DNA from: Candidatus Fervidifonticultor quintus
GTDB lineage: Bacteria > Sysuimicrobiota > Sysuimicrobiia > Sysuimicrobiales > Humicultoraceae
Direction: 5' to 3'
DNA length: 61,830 nucleotides
Assembly: GCA_031459535.1 (NCBI GenBank)
Contig: JAVKIJ010000002.1
Coordinates: forward strand, 1-61,830
Shown here: piece by piece, positions 48,770 to 61,542 of the stretch
Layout of the letters: every line of letters begins with the position of its first letter
How positions within the stretch are numbered: position 1 is the first letter of the stretch
The notes under the pieces: model-generated
The model's database searches: none
What the model was told of the DNA's origin: nothing
What the model saw: the letters and a program-made list of their open reading frames with translations, nothing else
Made by a program: the position numbers and the translations under genes

Positions 48770-50281
48770 TCACCGCCGGGTCGGGATCAGGGCGTCAATG
48801 GGCGCGAAATCGTCGGTCAGGACGGGGACGTCGTCGGTCCGGATGGGCCCGGTGTAGAGGTCTCCCGCAGCCGCAGCAAAGCGGTCCACGGTCACGGCTT
48901 TGCGGTCCACCAGGGCCTGCGCGCGGCGCCGGATCTCGTAGGCAGAAAGCGGCGGCGCGTCGGTCGCCACCACGATGATGTTGCGCAGGGCTCCGACGGA
49001 TCCGTACTGCGCGAAGTCTACGGGAAACACGTAGACGGTCCGGTAGACTTGGCGGACCGTCTTGTAGATGGCGCGAAACAGTCGGCTGCTGGGCCCGTCC
49101 AGGGCGCCGATGATGTTGGATGCCACCAAGCCCCCAGGTGCCAGCCGGGCCCTGGTCAGTTCGAAGAACTGCCGGGTCGCGAGGTGGAACGGGATCGTGT
49201 CAATCAGGTAGGCGTCGGTCAGAATGATGTCGTGCGGCGCGGTGGCCAGGCGCAGGTGCAGCCGACCGTCCCGCGCGGTCACGCGCAGCCGCGCGCTCTC
49301 TGCGACACCGAAGAACCGCCGGGCCGTCTCCACCACACGCGGGTCGATCTCAGCCACATCCATGATCACCGCGGGATAGTCGGCCACGTAGCGGGCGGGC
49401 ACCGTGCCGCCGCCCAGGCCGATCAGCAGGACGTGCCTCGGGTCCGGGATGAACACCAGCGGCAGGTGCATGTAGTCCGCATAGGCGAACACGGTCCGCC
49501 GTGGCCGGTCCCGGTCGAGCGCGCTCTGCCAGTAGTTGTCCAACTTGAGGTAGCGGATCGACCCCTCGTCGGAGACCGTGATCCGGTGGTAGACCGTGTC
49601 GCGGGCGTACACCAGCGTGGGGGATTGGGGTGGCTGAGCCCGCGAGACACCTGCTGCGAGCAGCACGATGACCATCCCGCCAGCGACGGCCGCAGACAGG
49701 CGGCGCGAGGTCAGCCAGCTCAGCACGGCCATGACCATGAGCACGAACCCCGACAGCGTGATGATCGCCCGCACCCCGACCACATTGATGAGGATGAACG
49801 ATGCCACCAGCGTGCCCACGATGGACCCCACGGTACTGATGGCGTAAAGGTTCCCCGCCGTCTGTCCCACCGTGCCCACCGCCCGCGCCTTCAAACGGAC
49901 GGCGAACGGGGAGACCATGCCCATGATCACGCTGGGCACCACGAACAGGATCACCGCGCCCGCCAGGGGGTTGAGCTGCGGCCCGAAATCGGCCCGGGCG
50001 ATGGCGTCGAGCACCGGCGAGGCCACCAGGGGGATCGGCACGGTGAGGAGCCCGGCCAGGAACACGATGCCGGCAAACAGCCCAGGCGACGGATACCGGT
50101 CGGCCAGGCGGCCGCCCACCGCGTAGCCGATGCTCAGCGCCGTCAGGAACACGCCGATCAGGCTGCCCCAGACGTAGATGGAGTTGCCGAAGTACGGGGC
50201 GAGCACGCGGCTGGCGATGATCTCCAGCGCGAGCAACACACCGCCGCTGACAAAGACGGTGATCTCGAGGATGACCCTCAC
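48770..50281 (-). CDS. Fused membrane domain / spermidine synthase-like methyltransferase
   Basis: [16 protein letters not shown] region; IGLGGG, AEIDP, DGR, LTDDFAP. Confidence 0.9.
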   Translation of the reverse strand: MRVILEITVFVSGGVLLALEIIASRVLAPYFGNSIYVWGSLIGVFLTALSIGYAVGGRLADRYPSPGLFAGIVFLAGLLTVPIPLVASPVLDAIARADFGPQLNPLAGAVILFVVPSVIMGMVSPFAVRLKARAVGTVGQTAGNLYAISTVGSIVGTLVASFILINVVGVRAIITLSGFVLMVMAVLSWLTSRRLSAAVAGGMVIVLLAAGVSRAQPPQSPTLVYARDTVYHRITVSDEGSIRYLKLDNYWQSALDRDRPRRTVFAYADYMHLPLVFIPDPRHVLLIGLGGGTVPARYVADYPAVIMDVAEIDPRVVETARRFFGVAESARLRVTARDGRLHLRLATAPHDIILTDAYLIDTIPFHLATRQFFELTRARLAPGGLVASNIIGALDGPSSRLFRAIYKTVRQVYRTVYVFPVDFAQYGSVGALRNIIVVATDAPPLSAYEIRRRAQALVDRKAVTVDRFAAAAGDLYTGPIRTDDVPVLTDDFAPIDALIPTRR

Positions 50282-50321
50282 CTCCGGGCGCGCGGCGTCC
50301 TCGACCTGCTGCCAAACCGAG

Positions 50322-52952
<2,631 letters not shown>

Positions 52953-52978
52953 TGCTCCTGCACTCCCTCGCCTGCGGC

Positions 52979-53938
52979 CTACGACCACAACGTCTGCCGC
53001 GGATTCTCGCGCCGCACCCGGCGCAGCTCCTCGAAGAGCTCCCGCTCCCGTGGCCCAAGCCCTGTGGGCGTGACAACCTTCACCCTGACGTACAGGTCGC
53101 CACGGCCCTCACCGCGCGGGTGCGGCATCCCCAGCCCCCGCAAGCGGAACCGGCTACCGGTCTGCGTGCCCGCGGGAACCACCATCTTGACCCTGCCCTC
53201 GAGCGTCGGAACCTCGATCTCGGCGCCCAGGGCCGCCTCGCTGATCGTGATCGGGACCTCCACCACGAGGTCGTCATCGGTCCGCTCGAAGAGCCGGTGC
53301 GGTGCCACCTGCACACGGAGGTAGAGATCCTGCCCGTCCGCGGCCCCGGCGAGTCGGATCGTCTGCCCGGAGCGGATCCCCTTGGGGATCTCCACATCGA
53401 AACTGCGGCCCAGCTCCGGCACCCTGATCTGGCGCCTACCGCCGCGGAACGCCTCTTCGAGCGTGATCTCGACACTCGACTCCAGCCGCAACGCCTCAGG
53501 TGCCCGCGTCCGCGTCGCGGTGCGGCCGAACCCTCCCAGCCCACCGAAGAGCTGCTGGAAGAAGTCAGAGAACGCCCCGCCTGCGCCGCCCCGGCCGAAG
53601 ATCTCCTCGAGGTCCCCGAGATCCCCGACCTCGAACGTCACGCCTCCCGGACCGGTGCCCCAGCCACCCGGCGCGCCGGCGACGCGGCCGAACAGGTCCT
53701 GCCAGGGCACGCGGCCGCTCTTGTACGCATCGTAGATCTGATCGTACCGCGACCGCTTCTGAGGATCGCCGAGCACCTGGTAGGCCTCGTTGATCTCTTT
53801 GAAGCGCTCTTCAGCGCCCTTTCTCTTGTTGACGTCTGGGTGAGACTCGCGGGCTAGGCGCCGGAAGGCCGCGCTGACCGCCTTCTGGTCGGCGTGACGA
53901 TCCACGCCGAGGATCTTGTAGTAGTCCTTGAACTCCAT
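52979..53938 (-). CDS. Class B J-domain protein (CbpA/DnaJ-like, no zinc finger)
   Basis: [14 protein letters not shown] region, DnaJ C-terminal domain. Confidence 0.93.
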   Translation of the reverse strand: MEFKDYYKILGVDRHADQKAVSAAFRRLARESHPDVNKRKGAEERFKEINEAYQVLGDPQKRSRYDQIYDAYKSGRVPWQDLFGRVAGAPGGWGTGPGGVTFEVGDLGDLEEIFGRGGAGGAFSDFFQQLFGGLGGFGRTATRTRAPEALRLESSVEITLEEAFRGGRRQIRVPELGRSFDVEIPKGIRSGQTIRLAGAADGQDLYLRVQVAPHRLFERTDDDLVVEVPITISEAALGAEIEVPTLEGRVKMVVPAGTQTGSRFRLRGLGMPHPRGEGRGDLYVRVKVVTPTGLGPRERELFEELRRVRRENPRQTLWS

Positions 53939-54013
53939 CTACCGGACCCGCCTCGCCCTCACCCGGCAGATTCCTCGCTCCTAACCGATCAGGCAGCTAG
54001 GCTGTCTAGTCTT

Positions 54014-54050
54014 CTGACAATAGTATTGTCAGGAATCCTATCAATGTCAA
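54014..54050 (-). promoter_or_regulatory. Promoter of J-protein/clpB operon with perfect 19-bp palindrome
   Basis: CTGACAATA-G-TATTGTCAG (54014-54032) overlapping TACTAT; TTGACA at 54045-54050. Confidence 0.75.
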
Positions 54051-54149
54051 TACCGGGTACCCAGGGAAGCTCACAGTGGCGGGGTGCAGGCGGGTTGCAC
54101 GCCGCAAAGAGGCAGAACGGCCCACCGGCCACTCAGGCCGGGAGGGCGC

Positions 54150-54620
54150 TTAGAGCCCGGGGTTCTGAGTCCACCCGGGAGGCAGGCTGCGCACCCAGAC
54201 GTACGCGCCGCCGAGGAAGAAGAACACAAAGGAGAGAACACCCGCGATCAGCGCGCCTCTACCCAGCGACTCAGCGATCTCGTCCCGGCCGCGCATGGAC
54301 CCGCCTACCGCCACCATGGCGATGGCGACAACGACCCCGGCGAGGATCGCGACCCAGCCGGCCACCCCGGGCCGCACCGGGGTCCGCAAGACAGCACCGT
54401 AGACCCCGACGAGGAAACCCTGCAGGCCCAGCAGTCCCGCGATCCTGCCAGTGTCCACGACGTCGGTGCGATGCAGCACGGGGCCGGCCAGGACCGTGCT
54501 CATCACCGCGGCCACCAGTACCATCAGGTAGAACTCCGCCCCTGCGCCGGTAGCAGCCCCACACACCCCTGCCGCCACACCGGCGGCAACCACGAGGCCT
54601 CCGGTGGCGAGGAGCCTCAT
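54150..54620 (-). CDS. Small multi-TM membrane protein
   Basis: About 5 hydrophobic segments; 3 bp downstream of the response regulator. Confidence 0.7.
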   Translation of the reverse strand: MRLLATGGLVVAAGVAAGVCGAATGAGAEFYLMVLVAAVMSTVLAGPVLHRTDVVDTGRIAGLLGLQGFLVGVYGAVLRTPVRPGVAGWVAILAGVVVAIAMVAVGGSMRGRDEIAESLGRGALIAGVLSFVFFFLGGAYVWVRSLPPGWTQNPGL

Positions 54621-54623
54621 GTC

Positions 54624-55277
54624 CTAGCGCACGAAGCCCTTGCGGATGGCGTAGGCGACCGCCTGGGACCGGTCGCGGACGCCGATCTTGCGGTAGATGG
54701 CGCGGAGGTGGCTCTTGACGGTGCTCTCGGAGACGAACAGCTGCGCCGCCAGCTCACGGCTGGTCGAGCCCCGAGCGATACCCACGAGAATCTCCACCTC
54801 GCGGTCGGTGAGACCGTCGCTGTGGATCGAGGCCATGCCCTGAGCGCGCGTCTTGCCCATGACCGAGATGCGCTCCAGCAGCCGCCGGGTGATACCCGGG
54901 TGCACGGTGGACATGCCGGCGCGCACGGCGCGGATCGCCCGCACCAGATTGGTCGGCGTGATGTCCTTGAGCACATAGCCGCTGGCCCCGGCCTGGATCG
55001 CCTGAAACACGGTCTCATCGTCTTCGTAAGCCGACAGGATCAGCACCTCGACGTGCCCGTTGGCCTCCTTGATACGTCGGGTCGCCTCGATGCCATCCAG
55101 CTTGGGGAGCCTAACATCCATGAGGACCAGGTTTGGCCGCAGCTCGCGGGCCAGGCGGACCGCTTCTTCGCCATCTTCGGCCTCGCCCACGATGCGGATG
55201 TCGCTCTCCATGTCCAGCAACGCCCGCAGCCCCGACCGGACCAGGCACTGGTCTTCCACGAGCAGGACGTTGATCAT
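54624..55277 (-). CDS. NarL/LuxR family response regulator
   Basis: LVED, LMDVRLP, GYVLKD, LTDREVEIL..SESTVKSH. Confidence 0.95.
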   Translation of the reverse strand: MINVLLVEDQCLVRSGLRALLDMESDIRIVGEAEDGEEAVRLARELRPNLVLMDVRLPKLDGIEATRRIKEANGHVEVLILSAYEDDETVFQAIQAGASGYVLKDITPTNLVRAIRAVRAGMSTVHPGITRRLLERISVMGKTRAQGMASIHSDGLTDREVEILVGIARGSTSRELAAQLFVSESTVKSHLRAIYRKIGVRDRSQAVAYAIRKGFVR

Positions 55278-55379
55278 GAGCCCCTGGTGCGCCGCTGGCC
55301 GATGATCCGATGGCAGACGCGCTCGGCGTTGGATGCAGGGTCGCGAGGAAAGTTGTCTAGACTCTTGGAAATCAAAGGT

Positions 55380-56492
55380 TTATTCTCCACGAGAGCTTGT
55401 CGCTCCTCCCCTTCCATTGGCAACCGGCAGCCGCACGACGACGCTGGTGCCGCGGCCTCGCTGCGACCGAACGGTGAGCACCCCGCCCAGGTCCTTCACG
55501 CGCTCCTGCATGCTCAGCAGGCCGAACGATCGCGCAGAACCCCGGCCGCATAGCGCCTTCCTGACGTCGAACCCCACGCCGTTGTCGCGCACCACCACTT
55601 CGAACATCCGGCCCCGCGCGCGCCCGACCACTTCTACGCGGGTGGCCGCCGCGTGGCGCGCCGCGTTGACCAGCGCCTCGTTGATCACGGCGTATAGTTC
55701 GCCGGCCGCCTCGCGCCGCAGCAGACTCTCGCCTCCCTGCCAGCGCAGCCTCCACGATACGCCGCGTGTGTCCTCCAGCCTGGCCAGCGCGCTCTTGAGG
55801 CGCTCCGGCAGCGGCGTCCTCGAGCGCGCCAACCGCAGGTGTCCGATGAGCGAGCGCATCTGGCGAATCGCCCGGCGCACCTCGGTTTCCACGCCCCCAA
55901 GGGGGACACCCCGGGAGGGCCGCGTGCCGGGCCGCCGACCTGCCCGCAGGCGCAGCAGGAGCGCTGAGAGCACCTGCAGCGGGCCGTCGTGGATCTCGCG
56001 TGCGATGCGTTCGTGCACCTCCGCCGTCGTGATGACCTCGGTGTACTGCCGCAGGCGAGCCCCCGCCGCACTGGCCGCAGCTGTCCCGGCCAGCACCAGG
56101 AAGCCGGCCATCTCGTCCTTGGTCGGGATCGGCCGGCCCGCAGAGAAGAACAGGCACAGCGAGCCCACGCCTCCGGTCGGCAGGAAGACCGGCAGTGCGA
56201 CCCCTCGTACTGCGCCCGACCCGGCCGGCCCGTTGCGGTGCCTGATCAGGACGCTCCGCCGCTGTGCGACCACGCGGGCATGCCATCGCCCCAGCAGCGC
56301 CCCTGGAGGCCACGGGCAGTCCTCCGGAAAGCGCACGTCAGGAGCACCAGGCACCTGCAGCGCCACCACGTCGGCGCGTGAGCGGGCAGCAATCTCGCGC
56401 ACCGCGATCGCCAGCGGCCCATGCACCGGATCCCGGACGCGGACCCGTGCCGCCCGCGCTACCGCTGTCAGCAGGTCGTTGGGCACCATCAA
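55380..56492 (-). CDS. Soluble HisKA_3 (NarX/DegS-type) histidine kinase with GAF-like N-terminus
   Basis: RIAREIHDG, EALVNAARHA, DNGVGF, FGLLSMQER. Confidence 0.88.
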   Translation of the reverse strand: MMVPNDLLTAVARAARVRVRDPVHGPLAIAVREIAARSRADVVALQVPGAPDVRFPEDCPWPPGALLGRWHARVVAQRRSVLIRHRNGPAGSGAVRGVALPVFLPTGGVGSLCLFFSAGRPIPTKDEMAGFLVLAGTAAASAAGARLRQYTEVITTAEVHERIAREIHDGPLQVLSALLLRLRAGRRPGTRPSRGVPLGGVETEVRRAIRQMRSLIGHLRLARSRTPLPERLKSALARLEDTRGVSWRLRWQGGESLLRREAAGELYAVINEALVNAARHAAATRVEVVGRARGRMFEVVVRDNGVGFDVRKALCGRGSARSFGLLSMQERVKDLGGVLTVRSQRGRGTSVVVRLPVANGRGGATSSRGE

Positions 56493-56556
56493 GCCATTCC
56501 GAATACGAAGGGACGAAAGGCTCTCCTATCACTTCCTTATGGACAAGCATCATCCT

Positions 56557-56613
56557 CTTTAGACAGCTTTAGACAGCGGCGCGGCCCGGTGGCCCCGCGC
56601 TATACGCGCTATA
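56557..56613. repeat. Two short tandem direct repeats in a divergent promoter region
   Basis: CTTTAGACAG x2 (56557-56576) and CGCGCTATA x2 (56596-56613). Confidence 0.85.
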
Positions 56614-56621
56614 CTGGAGAG

Positions 56622-57824
56622 GTGGTGCGACGCTGGCACAATCTGCTCTTCCTGGCTGCGCTCGCCGCGGCAGCGATGGTCCCGCCTGTGATGCCGGCTG
56701 CCACCGCCGCGGCGCCGATGCCTCTGCTCGTGCCCGCCGTGCACTACGTGCCTGAAGAGTTCCATACGGGGGGCGCCTACACCGCCATCCAGGCCGGCAC
56801 CGACGGTCGGATCTACTTAGGGACCACGGTCTACAACGGCTACGCGCACCTGTTGATCTTCACCCCGACCACCGGACGGTTCGAGAGCGCAGCCGAGATG
56901 TCGGCGGTCACCCGCGAGCGGACACCTGGGCCCTACGCTCAGGCCAAGATACACACCAAACCAGTCATCGCGCCCGACGGCCTCGTCTACTTCGGCACTA
57001 AGTCTGGCAGACCCGCGCGTGATGCGCAGGCCCAGGCCCACTACCCGGGCGGTCACCTGCTCGCATACGACCCGCGCACCGGCACCACCGCTGACCTGGG
57101 CATTGTCAAGGCGCGGGTGAGCATCATTGCCGTCGGCTACGATCCGAACCGGAACGTCGTCTACGTCGTGACCGATCCCGACAGCCACCTGGTGACCTAT
57201 GACGTGCGCGGCCGCGCGTTCACCGACCGTGGGCAGTTCGGGCCACCTGGACAGGACCCGACCCGATACCTGGTCGTCCTCGCCAACGGCGATGCGTTCC
57301 ACCCCTGGCCCGATACGAGTGTGGCGCGCTATGCGGCGGCCAGAGGCCTCATCGAGCGGCTACCGCTGGTCCTCTCAGGCGCCGGTACCCACGAGGCTCC
57401 CTACGCGCTGGCGGCGGCGCCCGATGGGCACACATTCGTGGGGGTCGGCAAGGCCACCGGGCAGGTCTACCTGTACGAACCTCGCTCGCGCGATGTCCTC
57501 GTGCGCATGCTCGGCGCGGCGATCCCCGGCGGGTATGCGCCGCCCGGGCACCACTACACCATCACGTCGGGCCCCGACGGGGCCATGTACTACACCGGCA
57601 CGTGGGGCAACGATCTCTTCGTCTTCCGGGTGCCCCAGGATCGCTACGCGCCCCACGTCGTGGGCCGCGTAGCGCCGTTGGCGCCCCCACCGCCCGGCTA
57701 CTCCCGCACCGTGGCTCGCAGCCTCATCATCCAGGGCTCAACGGCCACGCCGGACGGTACCCTGGTGATCATGACTGCCTATCCGCTGCGGCTCCTGCTG
57801 CTGCCGCGGCTCGCTGCGCCGTGA
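56622..57824 (+). CDS. Secreted beta-propeller-like protein
   Basis: Signal peptide; repeated DG..YxGT / YDP.TG...DLG blades; QAKIHT motif. Confidence 0.75.
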   Translation: MVRRWHNLLFLAALAAAAMVPPVMPAATAAAPMPLLVPAVHYVPEEFHTGGAYTAIQAGTDGRIYLGTTVYNGYAHLLIFTPTTGRFESAAEMSAVTRERTPGPYAQAKIHTKPVIAPDGLVYFGTKSGRPARDAQAQAHYPGGHLLAYDPRTGTTADLGIVKARVSIIAVGYDPNRNVVYVVTDPDSHLVTYDVRGRAFTDRGQFGPPGQDPTRYLVVLANGDAFHPWPDTSVARYAAARGLIERLPLVLSGAGTHEAPYALAAAPDGHTFVGVGKATGQVYLYEPRSRDVLVRMLGAAIPGGYAPPGHHYTITSGPDGAMYYTGTWGNDLFVFRVPQDRYAPHVVGRVAPLAPPPPGYSRTVARSLIIQGSTATPDGTLVIMTAYPLRLLLLPRLAAP

Positions 57825-59038
57825 ACCGCGCGCCGACGACTCTGGGCGTCCTCGTGCTGCTGGCTGTGGGCCTGCTGGCCAGCGCATCAGCCACGGCTCA
57901 ACGCCCGCGGCGCGGCGTGGCATTCCTGGTCGACAGCTGGCATCCGATCTCGCACGCGGACGTGATCGGTACCCGCTTGCTGGCTGGATACCGGTTGGGT
58001 GCACAGCAGGTGGACTCCCCGGTCACCGTCTCGAGCGTCTACCAGATGGCGCCTCGCGCCGATCACCTGGGGGCGCAGCTTGCCGCGCGCCACGGGGTGC
58101 GCCTGACCTCGTCGGTGGCCGAGGCCCTGCTGGATGACCCGGCGGCCACGCACCCGAAGCTGGCGGTTCACGGCGCGGTGATCGCAGCCCGGACGCTGGT
58201 GGACCTCCGGGCTCCTGCAGAGGGATCGCCCCAGTTCCGCCTGTTTCGCGAGACCATGGCCGTCTTCGACCGAACGGGCAGCGTGGTGCCGGTCTTCGTA
58301 GACAAGAACCTGGCGGCCACTCTGGACGAAAGCCTCACTCTCGTGGCCGAGGCGGCCCGCCGGCGCGTCCCGCTCATGGGAGGATCGGTGGTGCCGTGGG
58401 TCCCGCTGGAGCCGCCACTGCCAGCCGGTCGCCGGATGCAACTGGCGATTGCCGTCTCGGCCGCGCCGTACCACCTCTACGCCGTACACGCGGCCGAGCT
58501 GCTGCAGGCGGCGCTGGAGACGCGCGGCCAGCGTGAGGTGGGCGTGGCCTGGGTCCGCGAGGTCGGCCGGGGATTGTGGACGATGCCCGACCGGGACCGA
58601 TGGGGGGTGGATTTGCTGGAGGTGCTCCTGTCGGCCGCCCGGACCAGGTCGCCACGAGCGCCACGGGTGCCGGATGGTCTGACCGCCGACGATTTCGTCG
58701 TGCTGGTGGAGTACCTGGACGGGGCGCGGGGGGTGATCGCGCTGCTACCCCGGCAGTTCGACGACGCGGAGTTCCGGCTGGGCGTGCGGTACGACGGCGG
58801 GAGGGACTACGTGGGAGGCCTAGTGCTGGGCGGGGCGCCCTATGACCACTTCGGGTACCTGGTCCAGGCCCTGGTGGAGTTCTTCACGACCGGACGGCCG
58901 GTGGTCCCGGTGGAACGAACGCTGCTCTCGACCGGCATCAGCGCGTTGGGTCTGCAGTCCCGCCATGCCAGCGGGCAGGTGATGGCGGCGCGGCCGCTGG
59001 CGGTGACGTATGCGACGCCCCGGCCTGTCGGACGGTGA
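57821..59038 (+). CDS. Secreted hypothetical protein, possibly Gfo/Idh/MocA-like fold
   Basis: Signal peptide; SHADVIG.RLL.GY, PVFVDKNL, PLMGGS, PVERTLL; coupled to upstream gene. Confidence 0.7.
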   Translation: MNRAPTTLGVLVLLAVGLLASASATAQRPRRGVAFLVDSWHPISHADVIGTRLLAGYRLGAQQVDSPVTVSSVYQMAPRADHLGAQLAARHGVRLTSSVAEALLDDPAATHPKLAVHGAVIAARTLVDLRAPAEGSPQFRLFRETMAVFDRTGSVVPVFVDKNLAATLDESLTLVAEAARRRVPLMGGSVVPWVPLEPPLPAGRRMQLAIAVSAAPYHLYAVHAAELLQAALETRGQREVGVAWVREVGRGLWTMPDRDRWGVDLLEVLLSAARTRSPRAPRVPDGLTADDFVVLVEYLDGARGVIALLPRQFDDAEFRLGVRYDGGRDYVGGLVLGGAPYDHFGYLVQALVEFFTTGRPVVPVERTLLSTGISALGLQSRHASGQVMAARPLAVTYATPRPVGR

Positions 59039-60068
59039 GGGCACCGACATGGTCCAGGCAGGCCTGTGAGATCGTCAGGAACCCGCTGGCGACGAGTTCG
59101 TCTACCGTGTCGAACCGACGCGCGGTCGCGTTCCGGAGCACCAGGTCGGGGCGCGAGTCCAGGGTCGCAAGATAGGTGCGGTATTCGCTGGATCCCCGAT
59201 AGTACTGCCGCCTGTGCACGGCCTCCTCGACTCGCTGCCGAAACCCCGCAACGAACTTGTAGTGCTTGATGAGGCACGTCACGTCGGCCAGGCTGGCGCG
59301 GTCGCACTCGTGGCTGCTGTGCAGCGACGGCCTGGCGCCGCCAGCCCGCCACAACAGCGGGTGCTTGGTCAGGTCGACGCCGGCGCCGAAGACCGCCTTG
59401 CGGATCCCCCCGCGGTAGCGGTACAAGGCGGTGGCAGGGAGCTGAACGCCCGACGACGGTTGGTAGGGGACACGTTCCAGAGCCGAGTGGTCGTACCACC
59501 GGCATTCTGCCGTCATTTCCTGGGCGGTCCTCGGCCAGGCTGCCGGTGGCCCGTCGGGGAACAGATCGAGCATCTGGCCGACGACTCCGGTATATCCGCG
59601 GCGACGCAGGTAGCCCACGAACCCCCGTAGCCCGAGGCGGTCAGACAGCGGGTAGTCGAACCGTTCGTCGATATCCAGCATCAGGCACCACCCGCGCCCA
59701 CTGAACCGGTCGAACAACCACCTCCGTAGCACATGCTTGTACTGGCCATAGGGCAGCAGCGTCCGCAACACCGTCACATGATCGAACTGTTGCGCTACTG
59801 ACACAGTCCGGTCCGCAGAACCGTTGTCCAGCAGCACCACGTGGCTCACGCCTAGCGCCAGATGCGAGGCGACAAACGATTCGACGTGGAACTCCCCGTC
59901 GCGCACGATGGTCACCGCCACGACGTCCGTCGCATCCAAATCCAGGTGCCTGGGGCCGCTCACATGCTCCACGCCGAACGGCGTACGCGCCAAGCGGTAC
60001 TGCGCCCTCAGTGCTCTCGCAGTGCGCCGAACGAGTCTCGGCACCGACGCGGGGAGCCGCATCATCAA
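58938..60068 (-). CDS. Glycosyltransferase family 2-like
   Basis: IVRDG..HLALGV, LDNGSAD.T, WCLMLDIDE, HYKF. Confidence 0.87.
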   Translation of the reverse strand: MMMRLPASVPRLVRRTARALRAQYRLARTPFGVEHVSGPRHLDLDATDVVAVTIVRDGEFHVESFVASHLALGVSHVVLLDNGSADRTVSVAQQFDHVTVLRTLLPYGQYKHVLRRWLFDRFSGRGWCLMLDIDERFDYPLSDRLGLRGFVGYLRRRGYTGVVGQMLDLFPDGPPAAWPRTAQEMTAECRWYDHSALERVPYQPSSGVQLPATALYRYRGGIRKAVFGAGVDLTKHPLLWRAGGARPSLHSSHECDRASLADVTCLIKHYKFVAGFRQRVEEAVHRRQYYRGSSEYRTYLATLDSRPDLVLRNATARRFDTVDELVASGFLTISQACLDHVGALTVRQAGASHTSPPAAAPPSPARWHGGTADPTR

Positions 60069-60078
60069 CCGCCCGCAA

Positions 60079-61509
60079 TCAGCATGCCAGCGACTGTCTC
60101 AGACGTCGCGCCAGGCGCCGCGCCAGCGCCAAGATGGTTAGCGTTGGATTCGCATTTCCGCCAGAAGGAAACACCGAACTGCCCGCCATGTACAGGTTTG
60201 CAATCCCAAACACCTTGCAGTCTCGGTCGACGACACCGTATTCCGACGACGTCGCCATTCGAGTGGTCCCCATGTAGTGGGCAGCGTCGCTGAGGTGTTC
60301 GCGGCTCGGCTGCGGCTCCGGATAGTCCACGCGCCCGAAGCCGCAGTCGCCCATGGCTTCCCCCAGCACGTTGAGATACCGCCGCAGAGCTTCTATCTCC
60401 CAATCCGTCACGGTCCAGTGGAGCACCATGACGGCCTGCCCGAGCCCATTCCGCTCCTGCGGTGACGGATAAACGCGGCTGTCGGAGCAGGGCAACTGCT
60501 CCAGGTAGTGCACGAGATCATAGCAGGTCGTATCAGTCGACGATGGCATCAGGTAGGTGCTGTGGTGGGGCACCTCAATGCGCATGCGGGTCTCGGGCGA
60601 CAGCGTGAAGCCGAAGTGGAGCATCCCGGCAGAGGTCCCCCGTCTCAGCATGTGGCGCAGCCTGTGCGGGCGCGCCGGGGTCAGTCGACCCCACACGAGC
60701 TTTGGGTGGTCCATGTAGTACCGGCCGAGGACATCACCCGGGATGCGGCTCGCGGCCTCACCCTCACGCGAGGCGAACAACAGGCGCGCGTTCTCCAGGC
60801 CGCCGGCCGCCAGCACGAACTCTCGCGCCTGCACCCGCAGCGTGTCCCCCCGCACGCTGCCAGCGACCACGTGATCGACCCGTCCCATGGAATCCGTCAC
60901 CAACCGAATCGTCGTCGCGTCCAGAATCACCGTCACATTGCGCGACCGTTCCATCACGATGCGAAAGGCCTCTCCGAAGTTCAGCGGCACACGCATCTGG
61001 TAGTGATACGATCGTCGCAGCACGCGCTCTGCGCCTCTCGAGAGGCCGAACCAATCGAGTCGGCGGTCAAACAGCGCCGCCGGCACTCCGTAGCTCCGGG
61101 CGACCTCCAGATAATACGGCCGCAGCTCTGCGTAAGAAAGCGGCCACTCGGCCTGCGGCGACCATGATCTGGCCTCAAAGTCGTCAGCATGGAGGGGCTT
61201 CCACTTTCCAGACCACACGTTCGTCGTGCCGCCGAGCTGTCGGATGCTACCCTCTGCATGCCGGGCCGGATCCAGGCCCACGGCAAGAACCGGCCCATCA
61301 GGGCGCACCGGCATCGCCGTCCACCGAACCCGGGCCAACTCCTGGATTTCTTGGCGCCGTTGCCCACCGCCACTCTCCACAACCACCACGGCCACGCGCG
61401 ATCCGTCAAAGACCCGTGCGAGATCCAACCCCACTGCGCCGGCGCCGACAATGCAAAGGTCCGCACGCACGTCCTGGATCTCCGGTGAGTCGGCCAGCGA
61501 GGCAATCAT
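60079..61509 (-). CDS. GMC family FAD oxidoreductase
   Basis: IVGAGAVG, LGGTTNVW, AAGGLENARLL, HYMGTTRM, NPTLTI. Confidence 0.92.
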   Translation of the reverse strand: MIASLADSPEIQDVRADLCIVGAGAVGLDLARVFDGSRVAVVVVESGGGQRRQEIQELARVRWTAMPVRPDGPVLAVGLDPARHAEGSIRQLGGTTNVWSGKWKPLHADDFEARSWSPQAEWPLSYAELRPYYLEVARSYGVPAALFDRRLDWFGLSRGAERVLRRSYHYQMRVPLNFGEAFRIVMERSRNVTVILDATTIRLVTDSMGRVDHVVAGSVRGDTLRVQAREFVLAAGGLENARLLFASREGEAASRIPGDVLGRYYMDHPKLVWGRLTPARPHRLRHMLRRGTSAGMLHFGFTLSPETRMRIEVPHHSTYLMPSSTDTTCYDLVHYLEQLPCSDSRVYPSPQERNGLGQAVMVLHWTVTDWEIEALRRYLNVLGEAMGDCGFGRVDYPEPQPSREHLSDAAHYMGTTRMATSSEYGVVDRDCKVFGIANLYMAGSSVFPSGGNANPTLTILALARRLARRLRQSLAC

Positions 61510-61542
61510 GTACGCCTCGGCTCTCCGGCACTCGCCACCGTG

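Noticed and set aside
53938-54060. CIRCE, HAIR or CtsR site upstream of the J-protein/clpB operon
   Set aside because: None of the consensus sequences is present
56488-56540. Resemblance to a c-di-GMP-I riboswitch (CCATTCCGAA...GGGACGAAAGGC)
   Set aside because: No GNRA tetraloop, no GCAAAG core, no tetraloop receptor or closing P1 stem
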